Positions 20,052 through 34,457 of a stretch of 64,000 nucleotides of DNA are shown here, piece after piece. Numbering within the stretch: position 1 is the first letter of the stretch; every line of letters begins with the position of its first letter. The notes beneath the pieces are model-generated. The model was not told where the DNA came from. It saw only the letters and a list, made by a program, of their open reading frames with translations, and searched no databases. A program made the translations under genes and the position numbers. Source of the stretch: an uncultured delta proteobacterium (lineage in GTDB: Bacteria; Myxococcota_A; UBA9160; UBA4427); assembly GCA_963822965.1 (NCBI GenBank), contig CAWGJT010000006.1, forward strand, positions 256,001 through 320,000, in the 5' to 3' direction.

Positions 20052-21344
20052 GGCAACAGCACCCCCCGGTCGCAGTGGAAGACCAGATGACCGGCCACCA
20101 CGGTGGCCACCACCCGTCCCGTCAGCTCGTGGCCCGCCCAGGGCGAGTTCCGGCTCTTCGAGTAGCCCTTGGCCGGGTCGTAGGTCCACCGCCGCGTCGG
20201 GGTCGAGCACGACGACGTCGCCCGGGCTCCCGACGGCCAGGCTGCCGCCCGGCAGGCTCATCACCCGGTGCGCGTTGGTGGAGAGCCGCCGCATCAGCTC
20301 CAGGGGCGAGAGCTCGCCCTCCCGCACCAGGTCCATCACCACCGCGTAGGCGGTCTCGAAGCCCAGGATTCCCGGCGGCGCCGCGGTGAACTCGACCTCC
20401 TTCTCGTGCACGGCGTGGGGCGCGTGATCGGTGGCGATCACGTCGATCACCCCCTCGACGAGCGCCCGGCGACAGGCCGCGACGTCGCTCGCGGAGCGCA
20501 GGGGCGGCGCCATCTTCGTGTTCGTGTCGTAGCCGAGGGTGGCCTCGTCCGTGAGCGTCAGGTGGTGGGGCGTCACCTCGGCGGTGACCGAGAGGCCCTC
20601 CTCGCGCGCGCGCCGCACGAGCTCCACCGCGCCCGCGGACGAGACGTGCGCCACGTGCAGGCGGGCGCCCGTCCGCTTCGTCAGCATCAGGTCCCGGGCG
20701 ACGAGGATGTCCTCGGCCAGGCACGGGTTGCCGGGCAGCCCCAGGCGCGTGGAGACGGGTCCCTCGTTGACCACGCCGTCTCCCCGTAGCGCGCAGTCCT
20801 CGGCGTGCACCACCACCGGCACGTCGACCAGCTTCGAGTACTCGAGCACCCGGCGCATGGTGCCGGCGTCCGAGATCGTCTTTCCGTCGTCGCTGAAGGC
20901 CACGGCGCCCGCCTCCCGCAGCGCCACCATCTCGGTCATCACCTCGCCCCGCAGCCCGATGGTGGCCGCGGCGATGGGATAGACGCGCGCCGGCGAGTCG
21001 GTCTTCGCCCGGTTCAGGATGTACTCGGTGACGGCCGGGTCGTCGTTGACGGGCTGTGTGTTGGCCATGCAGACGACCGAGGTGAAGCCGCCGGCGACCG
21101 CCGCCCGGCCGCCGGATCCGAGATCCTCCTTGTACTCCTGGCCCGGCTCCCGCAGGTGTGTGTGCAGATCGATGAAGCCCGGCGCCACCCAGCACTCCCG
21201 GGCGTCGAGCATCTCCGCCCCGCGCGCGTCGAGGTCGGACCCGATCGCGGAGATGCGACCGTCCTCGACGAGCACGTCGGCGTTCTGGTCGAGGTCGACG
21301 GCCGGGTCCAACACCCGCCCGCCGCGGATCAACAGTCTGGCCAA
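20048..21344 (-). CDS. pyrC: Dihydroorotase; one extra base near 20190
   Basis: [23 protein letters not shown]; after the shift the frame reads [17 protein letters not shown] to TGA at 20048. Confidence 0.93.
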
Positions 21345-21351
21345 GGGACGA

Positions 21352-22347
21352 TTACTCCTGTTCCTGGCGGGTGCCGGCAGCCGGCTCCATCCGAGCCGCC
21401 CGCAGGCCTTCGGCCAGGCGCGCATCGCGCTGGATGCTTCGGCCGGAGAGCAGATAGAGCAGCGCCATGCGGAGCGCGACGCCGTTGCGAACCTGGTCGA
21501 GGATGACGCTCGGCCGGTGGTCGGCCAGGTCGTGGGAGAGCTCGACGCCCCGGTTCACGGGCCCGGGATGCATCACGATGGCGTCGTCCTTGGCGTAGCG
21601 CAGCTTCGCGCGGTCGATGCCGAAGGTCGCCGCGTACTCGCGCACGCTGGGGAAGCAGGCTCCCTCCAGGCGCTCCATCTGGATCCGCAGGGCCATCACC
21701 ACGTCGGCGCCGTCGAGGGCCTCGCGCAGGGACGTGTACGCCTTGACCCCCAGCACCTCGACGTCCGCCGGCAGCATCGTCGGCGGGCCCGCGACGCGCA
21801 CCTCGGCGCCCATCTTGGAGAAGCCGTAGATGTTCGACCGCGCCACCCGCGAGTGCGCGATGTCGCCCACGATCGCCACCGTGAGGCCGTCGATGCGCTC
21901 CTTCTGCTGGAACACGGTCAGCATGTCGAGAAGCGCCTGGGTGGGATGCTCGTGGGCGCCGTCTCCGGCGTTGATCACGGGCGCGTCCAGCACGTCGGCG
22001 ATGCGCTTCGGCACGCCGGCCACGGCGTGACGGACGACCACGCAGTCCGGGTCCATGGCGTCCAGGGTCTTGGCGGTGTCGAGGATGCTCTCGTTCTTGG
22101 AGAGGCTCGACGAGGAGGCCGAGAAGTTCACCACGTCCGCCGCCAGCCGCTTGCCCGCGATCTCGAAGCTCGTCTGGGTGCGCGTCGAGGGCTCGAAGAA
22201 GAGGTTCACGACGGTGCGGCCGCGCAGGGTCGGCACCTTCTTCACGTCGCGGGTCCCGATCTCGGTCATGCGCTGGGCGGCCTCGAGGATCCGCTCGATC
22301 TCCGGCCGGCCGAGGTCCTCGATTCCCAGCAGATCCTGTCCGACCAC
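21352..22347 (-). CDS. pyrB: Aspartate carbamoyltransferase catalytic subunit
   Basis: [25 protein letters not shown] motifs. Confidence 0.96.
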   Translation of the reverse strand: MVGQDLLGIEDLGRPEIERILEAAQRMTEIGTRDVKKVPTLRGRTVVNLFFEPSTRTQTSFEIAGKRLAADVVNFSASSSSLSKNESILDTAKTLDAMDPDCVVVRHAVAGVPKRIADVLDAPVINAGDGAHEHPTQALLDMLTVFQQKERIDGLTVAIVGDIAHSRVARSNIYGFSKMGAEVRVAGPPTMLPADVEVLGVKAYTSLREALDGADVVMALRIQMERLEGACFPSVREYAATFGIDRAKLRYAKDDAIVMHPGPVNRGVELSHDLADHRPSVILDQVRNGVALRMALLYLLSGRSIQRDARLAEGLRAARMEPAAGTRQEQE

Positions 22348-22348
22348 G

Positions 22349-23074
22349 TCAGCGCTCCCCTGCCGCGGCGGCGCCCGCGGCCGCCCGATCCCGCCGCTTG
22401 CCGCGCGCCTCGAGGACCACCTCGAGGGGGCCCGCCAGCCCGCCGTCCTGTCCCTGGAGCACCACCGCCTCGCCCGGCTGGGTGGGGATGTTCTTGCCCA
22501 CGTAGTCGATCTTGATGGGAAGCTCGCGGTGACCGCGGTCCACGAGCGCCACCACCTGCACCGCGCGCGGGCGGCCGAAGTCCATCAGGGCGTCCATGGC
22601 CGCGCGGATCGTGCGTCCGGTGTTCACCACGTCCTCGACGAGGACGACCACGCGGTCGTCCACCGACGACGGCATCTCGGTGACGCGCAGAGGCGGACGC
22701 TCGGCGGTCAGCATCACGTCGTCCCGGTAGAGGGTGGTGTCGAGGATCCCGAGGGGCACGCGGGTGGACGAGAGCTTCTCGAGGTTCTCGACCAGCATCC
22801 GCCCCAGGGGCACACCGCCGTTCGGAATCGCCACCAGGTAGAGAGCGGCGAGCTCGTCGTCGTTGCGCTCCACGATCTCGTGGGCGATGCGCATGAGGGC
22901 GCGGCGGATGGCGACGTCGTCGAGGATGCGCCGGGCCTCGGAAGAAGCCTCGGCTGCGTCGGCGCTGCTGGAGACGGCGTTTCCCCCGGAGCCGGCATTC
23001 CCCTTCTCTTCGGAAGAGCTGGGTGCGGCTTCTCGGTCGGCGTGCTTGGGCGGGGTGGGCTTGGGGGGCGTCAC
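22349..23074 (-). CDS. pyrR: Pyrimidine operon regulator / uracil phosphoribosyltransferase PyrR
   Basis: RIAHEIVE, LDTTLYRDD, TGRTIRAAMDAL, DRGHRELPI motifs. Confidence 0.93.
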   Translation of the reverse strand: MTPPKPTPPKHADREAAPSSSEEKGNAGSGGNAVSSSADAAEASSEARRILDDVAIRRALMRIAHEIVERNDDELAALYLVAIPNGGVPLGRMLVENLEKLSSTRVPLGILDTTLYRDDVMLTAERPPLRVTEMPSSVDDRVVVLVEDVVNTGRTIRAAMDALMDFGRPRAVQVVALVDRGHRELPIKIDYVGKNIPTQPGEAVVLQGQDGGLAGPLEVVLEARGKRRDRAAAGAAAAGER

Positions 23075-23080
23075 TGCGCA

Positions 23081-23113
23081 CCTTTTTCCGTCTCACGGGA
23101 CAGAGTTAAAAGG
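23081..23113 (-). promoter_or_regulatory. PyrR-binding RNA hairpin (variant)
   Basis: mRNA CCUUUUAACUCUGUCCCGUGAGACGGAAAAAGG resembles the UUUAA + GUCCNGNGAG PyrR element. Confidence 0.75.
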
Positions 23114-23134
23114 TCCGGCCTTTCGACCGGGGGC

Positions 23135-23162
23135 AGCATAACGCGTGTGGAGGGCGCGTCAA
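23135..23162 (-). promoter_or_regulatory. Sigma70-type promoter of the pyr operon
   Basis: TTGACG-N16-TATGCT on the minus strand. Confidence 0.65.
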
Positions 23163-23194
23163 TCGCGATCGCCGCGCGCCGGCAGGCGCGGGCC

Positions 23195-24081
23195 TCAACC
23201 GTCGTGTTGGTCGGGCGAACGCGCGGCGGGCACGCCGGCCACACCGACGTCCGCCAGGCTCTCGTCGGGAGACGCGCAGCGCACCCGGCTGCCGATGCGG
23301 CTCCATCGCTTCTCGGCCGACCACCAGTTCACCGGATTCAGGAACTGCAGGAAGTTGCCGTTCACGTCCCAGGACCAGTAGAGCAGGAACGCCGGCCCCT
23401 GCATCTCCTCGAAGCGAACGGTTCCCCACACGCGGCTGTCGTTCGAGTGATCGCGGTTGTCGCCCATCATGAAGTAGCGCCCAGGCGGCACCGTGAGCAG
23501 GGCCTGGCGGGGTCCCGGGAGACGGGGGTCGGCGAGCACGGCGTGATCGCAGCCGTTCAGGTGCTCGCGCTGGATCTCGAGATCGTGCCCCTCCTCGTCC
23601 ACGAAGAGCTCGTGGGTGTCCACCTCCTCGACGCGCTCGTCGTTCACGTAGAGCCGCTCGCCCCGTACCTCGATGCGATCTCCGGGAAGGCCGACGACTC
23701 GCTTCACGAAGTCGTCCCGGGGCAGATCGGGGCGCTGGTCGGCCGGGTAGATGTGCTGGAGGCCCCGATCGTCGCTGCGCGCGACTGCGAACACCACCAC
23801 GTCGCCCCGCTCCGGCTTGCGCCAGCCCGGCAGGCGGATCTCGGTGAAGGGAATCCTCGGACCGTAGACCAGCTTGTTGACGAAGAGATGGTCCCCGATC
23901 AGCAGCGTCGGCAGCATCGACTCCGAAGGGATGCGGAACGGCTCCACCAGGAAGATCCGGATCCCCAGCGCGATCACCACCGCGAGGACGATGGTGCTCA
24001 CCTGCTCCCACAGCCGCGCGAGCGGGCCGGCGGCGCCCGCGGCCGGTTCGTCCCCGCCCGCCCCTTCCCGATTCGGTTCGC

Positions 24082-24085
<4 letters not shown>
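23195..24085 (-). CDS. lepB: Signal peptidase I
   Basis: [33 protein letters not shown]; overlaps the lepA stop. Confidence 0.95.
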
Positions 24086-25886
<1,801 letters not shown>

Positions 25887-25890
<4 letters not shown>

Positions 25891-26867
25891 CGGGGACTCC
25901 CGGCGGCGAGCGCTTCGGGATCGCTGTGCTCGAGGGTCACCCGAAGATCGGCCGAGGCCAGATAGGCGGCGAGCGCTTCGCGCCAGCTGCGCAGGCGCAC
26001 CCCCAGCGCCGCGGCGCGCTCGCACGCGAGCACCGAGTAGGCCGGGCGTGGTGCGGGCGCGCCGATGTCGGCGGTGGTGACCCGGTCGATCGCCAGGTCG
26101 CCGTAGCCCCCGGCGTCGAGGATCGCGCGGGCGAAGTCCCACCAGGTGGGCGCGTCGGGGTCTCCCGGATCCGGGGCGTTGGACAGATGGTAGATGCCGC
26201 CCTGCCCGCGGCCCGGGGCCGTGGCGGTGGCGAGCCCGCGGATCCCGGCGGCCAGGTCGGCGGCGTAGGTCGGACATCCGCGCTGGTCGTCCACCACGCG
26301 CAAGGGCCCCTGCAGCTCGCCGGTCCGACGCAGCCGTCCCTGACGCAGGATCGCCCCCACGAAGTTCTTCCCCGGGCCGAAGACCCAGCTCGTGCGGACC
26401 ACGAGCGAATCGGGCGAGGCTTCCCGCACCTGCGTCTCCCCGAGCAGCTTGCTGCTTCCGTACGACGTTCGCGGCGCCGGGCTGGCATCCTCGGGGATCG
26501 GCACCGTGCCGTCACCGTCGAGCACGTAGTCCGTCGACACGTGGACGAGCCGGGCGCCCACCCCTTCGCAGGCGCGTGCGAGAAGGCCGGGCCCGTCGCC
26601 GTTCACCCGGAAGGCCGCCTCCCGGCCGTCGCTCTCGCAGCGGTCCACCTGATTGTAGGCCGCCGCGTTGACGAGCACGTCGGGGGCACCGCCCGGCAGC
26701 TGGTCCAGGGCCCGCGCCACCGACTCCGGGTCGGCGATGTCCAGCTCCGCATGCGAGAAGGCGCCCAACAGCGTGTCTCCGGCCGCCGTCGCGGGCTCCG
26801 TGAGCGCGCGCACCAGGCAGCGTCCGAGCTGCCCGCGGGATCCCGTGACCATGTAGCGAAGTCCCAT
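25887..26867 (-). CDS. rmlD: dTDP-4-dehydrorhamnose reductase family protein
   Basis: [35 protein letters not shown] motifs. Confidence 0.88.
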
Positions 26868-26924
26868 GCCGACTCGAAGCGACCGGGGCTCGAACGCTCG
26901 CCCGTAGCGAGTGCCGCGCCTCGC

Positions 26925-27536
26925 TCACCCTCCTCCTTCGGTCAGCACCCAGGTCGGAAGACGCTCCTCCGACTTGAGACGCGACGCCAGCGCCTCGGCT
27001 TCGCCCCGGCTCGGCACGGGACCGACGCGCACGCGCCAGCGTCCGTCCCCGCTCGCCTCGCTGGGGATCACGTAGGCGTCGAAGCCCCGGCCGCGCAGCT
27101 TCCGGAGCATGCCCTGGGCGGCGTCGCCGTCCGCGAAGGCCCCCACCTGCACCGCGAAGCCGCTCCGCACCGCCGAGGGCGCGGCCTTCGGCCTGGCGTC
27201 GACCTCCCGTGGCGGGGCCTCCGCACGACGCGCCGGCGGCGGCGCCGCGACCGGCGGAAGCTCGGCCGCCCGGGCCGACTCCCGGCGTGCGGGCTGTGGG
27301 CGCGCGGCGGCCACGGTCTCGGCCTCCCGGGCGGCGTCGCCGGCTTCGGGCGCCACGGCGTCGGCCGCGACCTCGGGCGTCCAGGGAACCTCCTCGCTGC
27401 GGCCCACCAGGTGCCCGACCACGAGCTCGGGCTCCTCGGAGACCACCCCGGCCACGAGCCCCAGCCCGAAGCCTCCCGCGATCAACACCGCGGCTCCCAG
27501 CAGGCTGGCGAACCAGCCCGGCTCTGCGTCTCGCAT
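26925..27536 (-). CDS. Membrane-anchored SPOR-domain protein (FtsN/DedD-like); alternative GTG start at 27584
   Basis: One TM helix, Pro/Ala-rich linker, FAVQVGAF...WRVRVGP; directly after argS. Confidence 0.85.
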   Translation of the reverse strand: MRDAEPGWFASLLGAAVLIAGGFGLGLVAGVVSEEPELVVGHLVGRSEEVPWTPEVAADAVAPEAGDAAREAETVAAARPQPARRESARAAELPPVAAPPPARRAEAPPREVDARPKAAPSAVRSGFAVQVGAFADGDAAQGMLRKLRGRGFDAYVIPSEASGDGRWRVRVGPVPSRGEAEALASRLKSEERLPTWVLTEGGG

Positions 27537-27580
27537 CCTCCCCCCTCCCGATGCTCGTCCGTTCACTGCTCGCGCGGCGC

Positions 27581-29326
27581 TCACATCTGCTCCGGCGCCG
27601 AGAGTCCCAGCAGCCAGAGGCCGTTGGCGAGGACCACCTGCACCGCGCCCATCAGCGCGAGGCGGGCGGCCGTGAGCACCGCGTCGTCCGACACGACGCG
27701 GTGACGCTTCCCGTCCTGCACGTAGGGATTGAAGATCCCCGCGAGCTCGCGCAGGTAGTAGGCGACGTGGTGGGGAGCCCGGGCTTCCGCGGCGCGCGTC
27801 ACCAGCTCGGGGAATTCCCCGAGCTTCTTGATCAGCTCGATCTCCTCGGGCAGCGCCAGGCGCCCGGCGTCGAAGGCGTCGGGCCCCGGCATCTCGAAGC
27901 CCTCCTCCCGCGCCTTGCGCATGATGCCGTGGGTGCGCGCGTAGGCGTACTGGACGTAGTAGGCGGGGTTCTTGCGCCAGTTTCGGTCCTTGGCGAGATC
28001 GAGGTCGAAGTCCAGGTGACCGTCCGCCTTGCGTTCCACCATGAAGAAGCGGAACACGTCCGCCCCCACCTCTTCGACGAGCTCGTCGACGGTGAGGAAG
28101 TTCGCACGACGGGTGGACTGCTTGACCTTCTCGCCGCCGCTCGTGATCGTCACGAACTGGTGGAGCACGAGCTCGACCCGCTCGGGATCGAAGCCCAGCA
28201 CCCCCATGGCGACCCGAACGAACGGAAACTGCTCGATGTGGTCGGCGCCCTGGACGTCGATGATCGCCTCGAAGCCGCGACGGTACTTCTCGCGGTGATA
28301 GGCGATGTCCGGCAGCAGATAGGTGGGCTCCCCGTTGCTGCGGACGACCACCCGGTCCCGGTCGAGACCGAGTGCAGTGGCTCGGAACCAGACCGCTCCC
28401 TCGGCTTCGTAGATGGAGCCCGCGGCGCGCAGGTCCTCCAGCACCGCGTCGAGCTGGCCGCCGTCGTAGAGCGACTTCTCGTTGAAGTAGACGTCGAAGC
28501 GGATGCCCAGGGAGTCCAGAGTGGCGCGGATCTCGCCGAAGATCGCCTCCTTCGCGGCGTCGAGGAAGACGCCCAGGGCCGGCTCGTCGCCCAGCGCGTC
28601 GCCCCGCCGGCGACGGAGGTCGACCGCGATGTCCCGCACGTACTCGCCCCGGTACCCGTCCCGGGGAAACACCACCGGGAGTCCGTCCACCTCCTCCACC
28701 CAGGCGTTCTCGGGATCGGCGAGCGCCGCTTCCGGCGGCGGCGCGGCCCGCTCCAGCGATTCCAGATAGCGCGCCTTCACCGACTCGCCGAGCACCCGCA
28801 TCTGGCGGCCGCCGTCGTTGAAGTAGTACTCCCGGGTGACCTTCCAGCCCGTGAGCTCGAGCAGCCGCGCGATGCAGTCGCCCAGCACGCCCTGGCGCCC
28901 GTGGCCGGTGGACAGCGGGCCGGTGGGGTTCGCGGAGACGAACTCCACCTGCACCGAGCGCTGCTTGCCGGCGTCGGAGCTGCCGTAGCGCGGGCCCACC
29001 TCCAGGATGCCGCGCAGCACGTCCTGCCAGCGGTCCTCGGCGAGCCAGACGTTCACGAAGCCCGGGCCCGCCACCTCCGCGCGGGCCACGAGACCGCCGG
29101 CATGCCCGAGCCGAGCCACCAGGTCGGCGGCGATCTCGCGCGGCGGGCGGCGCAGCTGCTTGGCGAGGTGCATGGCGACGTTGCACGCGAAGTCGCCGTG
29201 CTCCTTCTGGCGGGGAACCTCGAGGACGATCTCCGGCAGCGGGGTGGCCGCATCGCCGGCCTCCGCGAGCAGGTCGCGCAGCGCCCTCTCGACCTCCTCG
29301 GTCAGCTTGTCTCGAACGTCGCTCAT
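27581..29326 (-). CDS. argS: Arginine--tRNA ligase
   Basis: HGDFACN, VEFVSANPTGPL, REYYFND, YYVQYAYAR, APEQM C-terminus. Confidence 0.96.
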   Translation of the reverse strand: MSDVRDKLTEEVERALRDLLAEAGDAATPLPEIVLEVPRQKEHGDFACNVAMHLAKQLRRPPREIAADLVARLGHAGGLVARAEVAGPGFVNVWLAEDRWQDVLRGILEVGPRYGSSDAGKQRSVQVEFVSANPTGPLSTGHGRQGVLGDCIARLLELTGWKVTREYYFNDGGRQMRVLGESVKARYLESLERAAPPPEAALADPENAWVEEVDGLPVVFPRDGYRGEYVRDIAVDLRRRRGDALGDEPALGVFLDAAKEAIFGEIRATLDSLGIRFDVYFNEKSLYDGGQLDAVLEDLRAAGSIYEAEGAVWFRATALGLDRDRVVVRSNGEPTYLLPDIAYHREKYRRGFEAIIDVQGADHIEQFPFVRVAMGVLGFDPERVELVLHQFVTITSGGEKVKQSTRRANFLTVDELVEEVGADVFRFFMVERKADGHLDFDLDLAKDRNWRKNPAYYVQYAYARTHGIMRKAREEGFEMPGPDAFDAGRLALPEEIELIKKLGEFPELVTRAAEARAPHHVAYYLRELAGIFNPYVQDGKRHRVVSDDAVLTAARLALMGAVQVVLANGLWLLGLSAPEQM

Positions 29327-29386
29327 CGGCGCTTCCCGCTGCCTTCTCGTGGTGACTCGTGCTCGCTCGGGGGGATGGCTCGCGGG

Positions 29387-29677
29387 CTACCGGTCGTGCC
29401 CGCTGCGCCGGTCGAAGCGGACGACGATCTCGCCCGGCCGCGCCAGCTCCAGGTCTTCCCGGATCGCCCGCTCCAGCGCGAAGGGCTCGCTCTCCAGGGC
29501 TTCGATCTGCTCGCGCAGCGCCTCGGTCTCCCGGTTCAGGCCCTCGACCCGGGTGGCCGCCTGCGCCACGTCGTCCCGCAGACGGAACCACATGGGGATC
29601 CCGGAGCTGCCGTCCGCCAGGGCGATGCCGGCGACGGCGGCCAGCAAGAGGGGCACCAGCCAGGTGGTCCTCACCAC
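29387..29677 (-). CDS. Septum formation initiator (FtsB/DivIC family)
   Basis: TM helix plus coiled coil ending ERAIREDLELARPGE. Confidence 0.8.
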   Translation of the reverse strand: MVRTTWLVPLLLAAVAGIALADGSSGIPMWFRLRDDVAQAATRVEGLNRETEALREQIEALESEPFALERAIREDLELARPGEIVVRFDRRSGHDR

Positions 29678-29801
29678 TCCCCCCCCTCCCCCGTCCGGCC
29701 GATCCGGCTGCGTAGAGTACCGAAATCAAAAGCGTTCGGGAGGGTGCGCGGCGGGCGTTCGGGACGGTATGCGGCGGAAGGACCCCGGCGCGAGGAGCGA
29801 C

Positions 29802-30383
29802 TCAGGGCGTCCCGGCGAGAAGCGACTCGATGCGCTCCCGATAGACCGACCAGTCGCGCGGCCCCACGTAGCGCTCGAGGATGGTCCCGTCCCGGTCCAC
29901 CAGCAGCGATTCCGGGTATCCCGTGGTCTGATACCGGCGGGAGACCTCCTGGGAGGGGTCGAGGGCGATCGGGAACGTGACGCCGAGGCGGTCCCGGAAC
30001 GCCGCCACCTCGTCGCGCCCCTCGTCCACGGAGATCGCCACCAGCTCGAAGCCCTCGGGGTGGAGTGCGCGATAGAGCCGCTCCATGGAGGGGATCTCGT
30101 CCTCGCACGGCTTGCACCAGGTGGCCCAGAAGTTGACCAGGACGATGCTCCCGCGCTCGTGGGCGAGCACGAAGGGCTCGTCGCCGTCGAGGCGCTGGAG
30201 GGTGAAATCGGGCGCCTGGGCACCCCGGCCGACGGGCGCCGGGACGCCGCTGTCCCCTACCCAGATGAACGACAGGGCCACGGCGAGCACCGCGGCGCCG
30301 GCGATCCAGGACACGAGCTGGCCGCCGCCCCCGCCACCCGCCCCGCCGTCGGCGGTCGCGGGCGTCTGGGTCTCCGGCTCCAT
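29802..30383 (-). CDS. TlpA/ResA-type thiol-disulfide oxidoreductase
   Basis: N-terminal TM, APDFTL, NFWATWCKPC, GYPES. Confidence 0.9.
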   Translation of the reverse strand: MEPETQTPATADGGAGGGGGGQLVSWIAGAAVLAVALSFIWVGDSGVPAPVGRGAQAPDFTLQRLDGDEPFVLAHERGSIVLVNFWATWCKPCEDEIPSMERLYRALHPEGFELVAISVDEGRDEVAAFRDRLGVTFPIALDPSQEVSRRYQTTGYPESLLVDRDGTILERYVGPRDWSVYRERIESLLAGTP

Positions 30384-30444
30384 CGTGTCGCTCCTCCGGC
30401 CTTGCGGCCTCCGCCCCGCTCGTCGGGAGCGGGCGCTCCCGATC

Positions 30445-30804
30445 TCAGCCCTGCTCGACGAGCTCGATGATCGAGATCGGTGCCGCGTCACCCACCCGGG
30501 TGCCCACCTTGATGACCCGGGTGTAGCCGCCCGGACGATCCCGGAACCGTTCCGCCAGCTCGTCGAAGAGCTTGGCGGTCACCTGCTTGCTCTGGATCAC
30601 CGAGAGCGCCTGCCTCCGGGCGTGCAGGTCGCCCCGCTTCGCCAGGGTGATCATCCGCTCGGCGACCCCCCGCAGCTCCTTGGCCTTGGCGTCGGTGGTC
30701 TCGATCCGCTCGTGGTCGAGCAACGACGTCACCATGTTGCGCAGCATTGCCTTCCGGTGCGCACTCGTCCGACCGAGCTTCCTTCCACTCTTGCGATGTC
30801 GCAT
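30445..30804 (-). CDS. rplQ: 50S ribosomal protein L17
   Basis: [24 protein letters not shown]. Confidence 0.97.
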   Translation of the reverse strand: MRHRKSGRKLGRTSAHRKAMLRNMVTSLLDHERIETTDAKAKELRGVAERMITLAKRGDLHARRQALSVIQSKQVTAKLFDELAERFRDRPGGYTRVIKVGTRVGDAAPISIIELVEQG

Positions 30805-30807
30805 GAA

Positions 30808-31836
<1,029 letters not shown>

Positions 31837-31912
31837 GGAATGTTCCCCCAAGCTCGCTCGATGAGTCCGGATCCGGGGCTGAACGGCGCGAGGCCGGTCG
31901 CCCGGGACGGCA

Positions 31913-32539
31913 TCAACGTGAGTAGAGTTCGACGATCAGCTGCTCTTCGATCGGCAACGTGATGTCTTCGCGTACCGGAAGCTGCTTCACGGTCCCCGCG
32001 AAGCCCTCCTTGTCGATCTCGAGCCATTGCGGGATGGCGCGCCCTTCGAGGGTCGCCAGCGCGGCCGCGATGCGCTCGACCTTGTGCGACTTCTCGCGCA
32101 CCGAGACCACCTGCCCCGCCTTCACGCGGATGGACGGCGTGCTGGCCTTGCGGCCGTCGATCGCGAAATGCCCGTGCCGGATGAGCTGGCGCGCCTCGTT
32201 GCGCGAGGTCGCGAAGCCCAGCCGGAAGACCACGTTGTCCAGCCGCCGCTCGAGCAGCATGAGCAGGTTCTCGCCGGAACGTCCCTTCATGCGCGAAGCG
32301 CGGTCGAAGGTGCTGCGGAACTGGTGCTCGAGCAGCCCGTACATGCGCTTCACCTTCTGCTTCTCGCGCAGCTGTACGCCGTAGTCGGAGAAGCGGCTGC
32401 GGCCCTGGCCGTGCATTCCCGGCGGATAGGCGCGCTTCTCGATGGCGCACTTCTCCGAGAAGCAGCGGTCTCCCTTCAGGAAGAGCTTTGTGCCCTCGCG
32501 CCGGCACAGCCGGCAGGCGGATCCCAGATAACGTGCCAT
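31913..32539 (-). CDS. rpsD: 30S ribosomal protein S4
   Basis: [32 protein letters not shown]. Confidence 0.97.
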   Translation of the reverse strand: MARYLGSACRLCRREGTKLFLKGDRCFSEKCAIEKRAYPPGMHGQGRSRFSDYGVQLREKQKVKRMYGLLEHQFRSTFDRASRMKGRSGENLLMLLERRLDNVVFRLGFATSRNEARQLIRHGHFAIDGRKASTPSIRVKAGQVVSVREKSHKVERIAAALATLEGRAIPQWLEIDKEGFAGTVKQLPVREDITLPIEEQLIVELYSR

Positions 32540-32561
32540 TCGTGTCTTCCTCTCGGTCCTG

Positions 32562-32951
32562 CTAGACCCGCCGCCGCTTCGGCGGGCGGCAACCGTTGTG
32601 CGGAATCGGGGTCACGTCGCGGATCATCGTGATCCGCATGCCCGCGCCCTGCAGCGCGCGCAGCGCGGACTCACGCCCGGCGCCCGGACCCTTCACGTAG
32701 ACGCCCAGGGTGCGAACCCCGTGCTCCTGCGCCTTCTTGGCGCACTCCTCCGCCGCCATCTGGGCGGCGAAGGGCGTAGACTTGCGCGAGCCCTTGAATC
32801 CCTGCTGGCCGGCGCTCGCCCAGGCGACGGCGTTGCCACCGACGTCGGTGATCGTGATGATCGTGTTGTTGAAGGTCGACTGGATGTGCGCGACACCCGT
32901 CTGGATGTTCTTCTTGACCTTCTTCTTCCGAACCGTCTTCTTTGCTGCCAT
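32562..32951 (-). CDS. rpsK: 30S ribosomal protein S11
   Basis: [25 protein letters not shown]. Confidence 0.97.
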   Translation of the reverse strand: MAAKKTVRKKKVKKNIQTGVAHIQSTFNNTIITITDVGGNAVAWASAGQQGFKGSRKSTPFAAQMAAEECAKKAQEHGVRTLGVYVKGPGAGRESALRALQGAGMRITMIRDVTPIPHNGCRPPKRRRV

Positions 32952-33027
32952 GGTTTCCCGTCTACCCGGTTGATCGCGAAGTCCGGCGGGGCGGCGACGG
33001 CGAATCTGCGCCGTACCGCACCCCCCC

Positions 33028-33405
33028 TCACTTCGCGGGCTTCTTCTTTCCCGCGATGGTCTTGGCGGGGCCCTTCCGGGTCCGCGCGTTCGTGTGGGTC
33101 CGCTGGCCGCGCACGGGAAGACCGCGGCGGTGCCGCAGCCCCCGGTAGCAGCCGATGTCCATCAGCATCTTGATGTTCTGGTTGACCTCGCGGCGCAGGT
33201 CGCCTTCGACCTTGTGGTCGCGCTCGATCACCTCGCGGATCTTGATCACCTCCGCCTCGCTCAGGTGGTCGGTCTTCGTGCTGCCCTCGACGCCGGCCCG
33301 CTCGCAGATCTCGAGGGCCTTCGAGCGCCCGATGCCGAAGATGTACGTCAGCGAGATCTCGATCCGCTTCTGCCGGGGCAGGTCGATGCCCGCGATTCGC
33401 GCCAT
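33028..33405 (-). CDS. rpsM: 30S ribosomal protein S13
   Basis: [26 protein letters not shown]. Confidence 0.97.
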   Translation of the reverse strand: MARIAGIDLPRQKRIEISLTYIFGIGRSKALEICERAGVEGSTKTDHLSEAEVIKIREVIERDHKVEGDLRREVNQNIKMLMDIGCYRGLRHRRGLPVRGQRTHTNARTRKGPAKTIAGKKKPAK

Positions 33406-33513
33406 TTTCTGTCCTCCGCCTCTCGCCCGCCGCCCCCGCTCCGTGGCGGTGCCGCGCTGAATTCCTGCTGCCGGGCCCCGGCCGACGAACCCGCTGGCTT
33501 CGTCGGCGACGCT

Positions 33514-33536
33514 AGCCGACCCCTCCAGGGCCGGCC
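33514..33536 (-). repeat. 23-nt GGA-loop hairpin, variant copy after the rpmJ stop
   Basis: mRNA GGCCGGCCC-UGGAG-GGGUCGGCU. Confidence 0.7.
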
Positions 33537-33538
33537 GG

Positions 33539-33652
33539 CTAGCCCTGGCGCTGCTTGTGTTTCGGGTTCTCGCAGATCACGCGTACGACACCCCGACGCC
33601 GGATGACCCGGCACTTCTCGCACATCTTCCTGACCGATGATCGAACCTTCAT
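33539..33652 (-). CDS. rpmJ: 50S ribosomal protein L36 (not in the ORF track)
   Basis: Manual translation [37 protein letters not shown]. Confidence 0.97.
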   Translation of the reverse strand: MKVRSSVRKMCEKCRVIRRRGVVRVICENPKHKQRQG

Positions 33653-33671
33653 TGCGTCCCCGCCCTGCCTT

Positions 33672-34457
33672 TCAGTGAGATCCCGTGGTGCGCGTCAGGA
33701 CCTCCGGTCCGTCGTCGGTGATCAGGACCGTGTGCTCGAAGTGCACCGACAGCTCGCCGTCCTCGGTCACCGCCGTCCACTCGTCGTCGAGCATGCGCAC
33801 GCGCTCGCTGCCCGCATTCACCATCGGCTCGATCGCGAAGACCATGCCCGGAAGGAGCCGCGGCCCACGCCCCGGCCGCCCGTAGTTCGGGATCTGCGGA
33901 AGCTCGTGCATCACCCGTCCGATCCCGTGTCCCACGAACTGCCGCACCACCCCGTAGCCCGCGCCCTCCGCCCGCGCCTGCACGGCGTGGCCGATGTCCG
34001 AGAGGCGGTTGCCGGGCACCATCTGCGCGATTCCCTGATAGAGCGCGTCGTGGGTCGTCTCCATCAGGTCCCGCGCATCCGGGTCGAGCTCTCCCACGGG
34101 GATCGTGCAGGCCGAATCCGCGTGGAATCCGCGCGTGCTGATGCCGAAGTCGAGGCTCAGGAGGTCGCCCGGCTGGAGCTCCCGCTTGCCGGGGATGCCG
34201 TGGACGATCTCGTCGTTCACCGAGACGCACAGCACGGCCGGATACGGCGGCAGCCCGCCGGGATCGTAGCCGAGAAACGACGATTCGATGCCCCGCCGGG
34301 CGATCTCCCGGGCGGCGACGTCGTTGAGCTCGCCGGTGGTCACCCCGGGCTTCGCCCGGTCGCGGAGGACGAGCAGGATCTCGGCCACGTGCTGCCCGGC
34401 CTCCCGCATCACCTCGATCTCGCGGCGGGTCTTGATCGGAATGCGCTGCCCCATCAT
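33672..34457 (-). CDS. map: Methionine aminopeptidase type I
   Basis: [26 protein letters not shown]. Confidence 0.96.
   Translation of the reverse strand: MMGQRIPIKTRREIEVMREAGQHVAEILLVLRDRAKPGVTTGELNDVAAREIARRGIESSFLGYDPGGLPPYPAVLCVSVNDEIVHGIPGKRELQPGDLLSLDFGISTRGFHADSACTIPVGELDPDARDLMETTHDALYQGIAQMVPGNRLSDIGHAVQARAEGAGYGVVRQFVGHGIGRVMHELPQIPNYGRPGRGPRLLPGMVFAIEPMVNAGSERVRMLDDEWTAVTEDGELSVHFEHTVLITDDGPEVLTRTTGSH

Noticed and set aside
33653..33671. infA absent between map and rpmJ
   Set aside because: infA lies outside this cluster in many proteobacterial lineages, so this is not unusual
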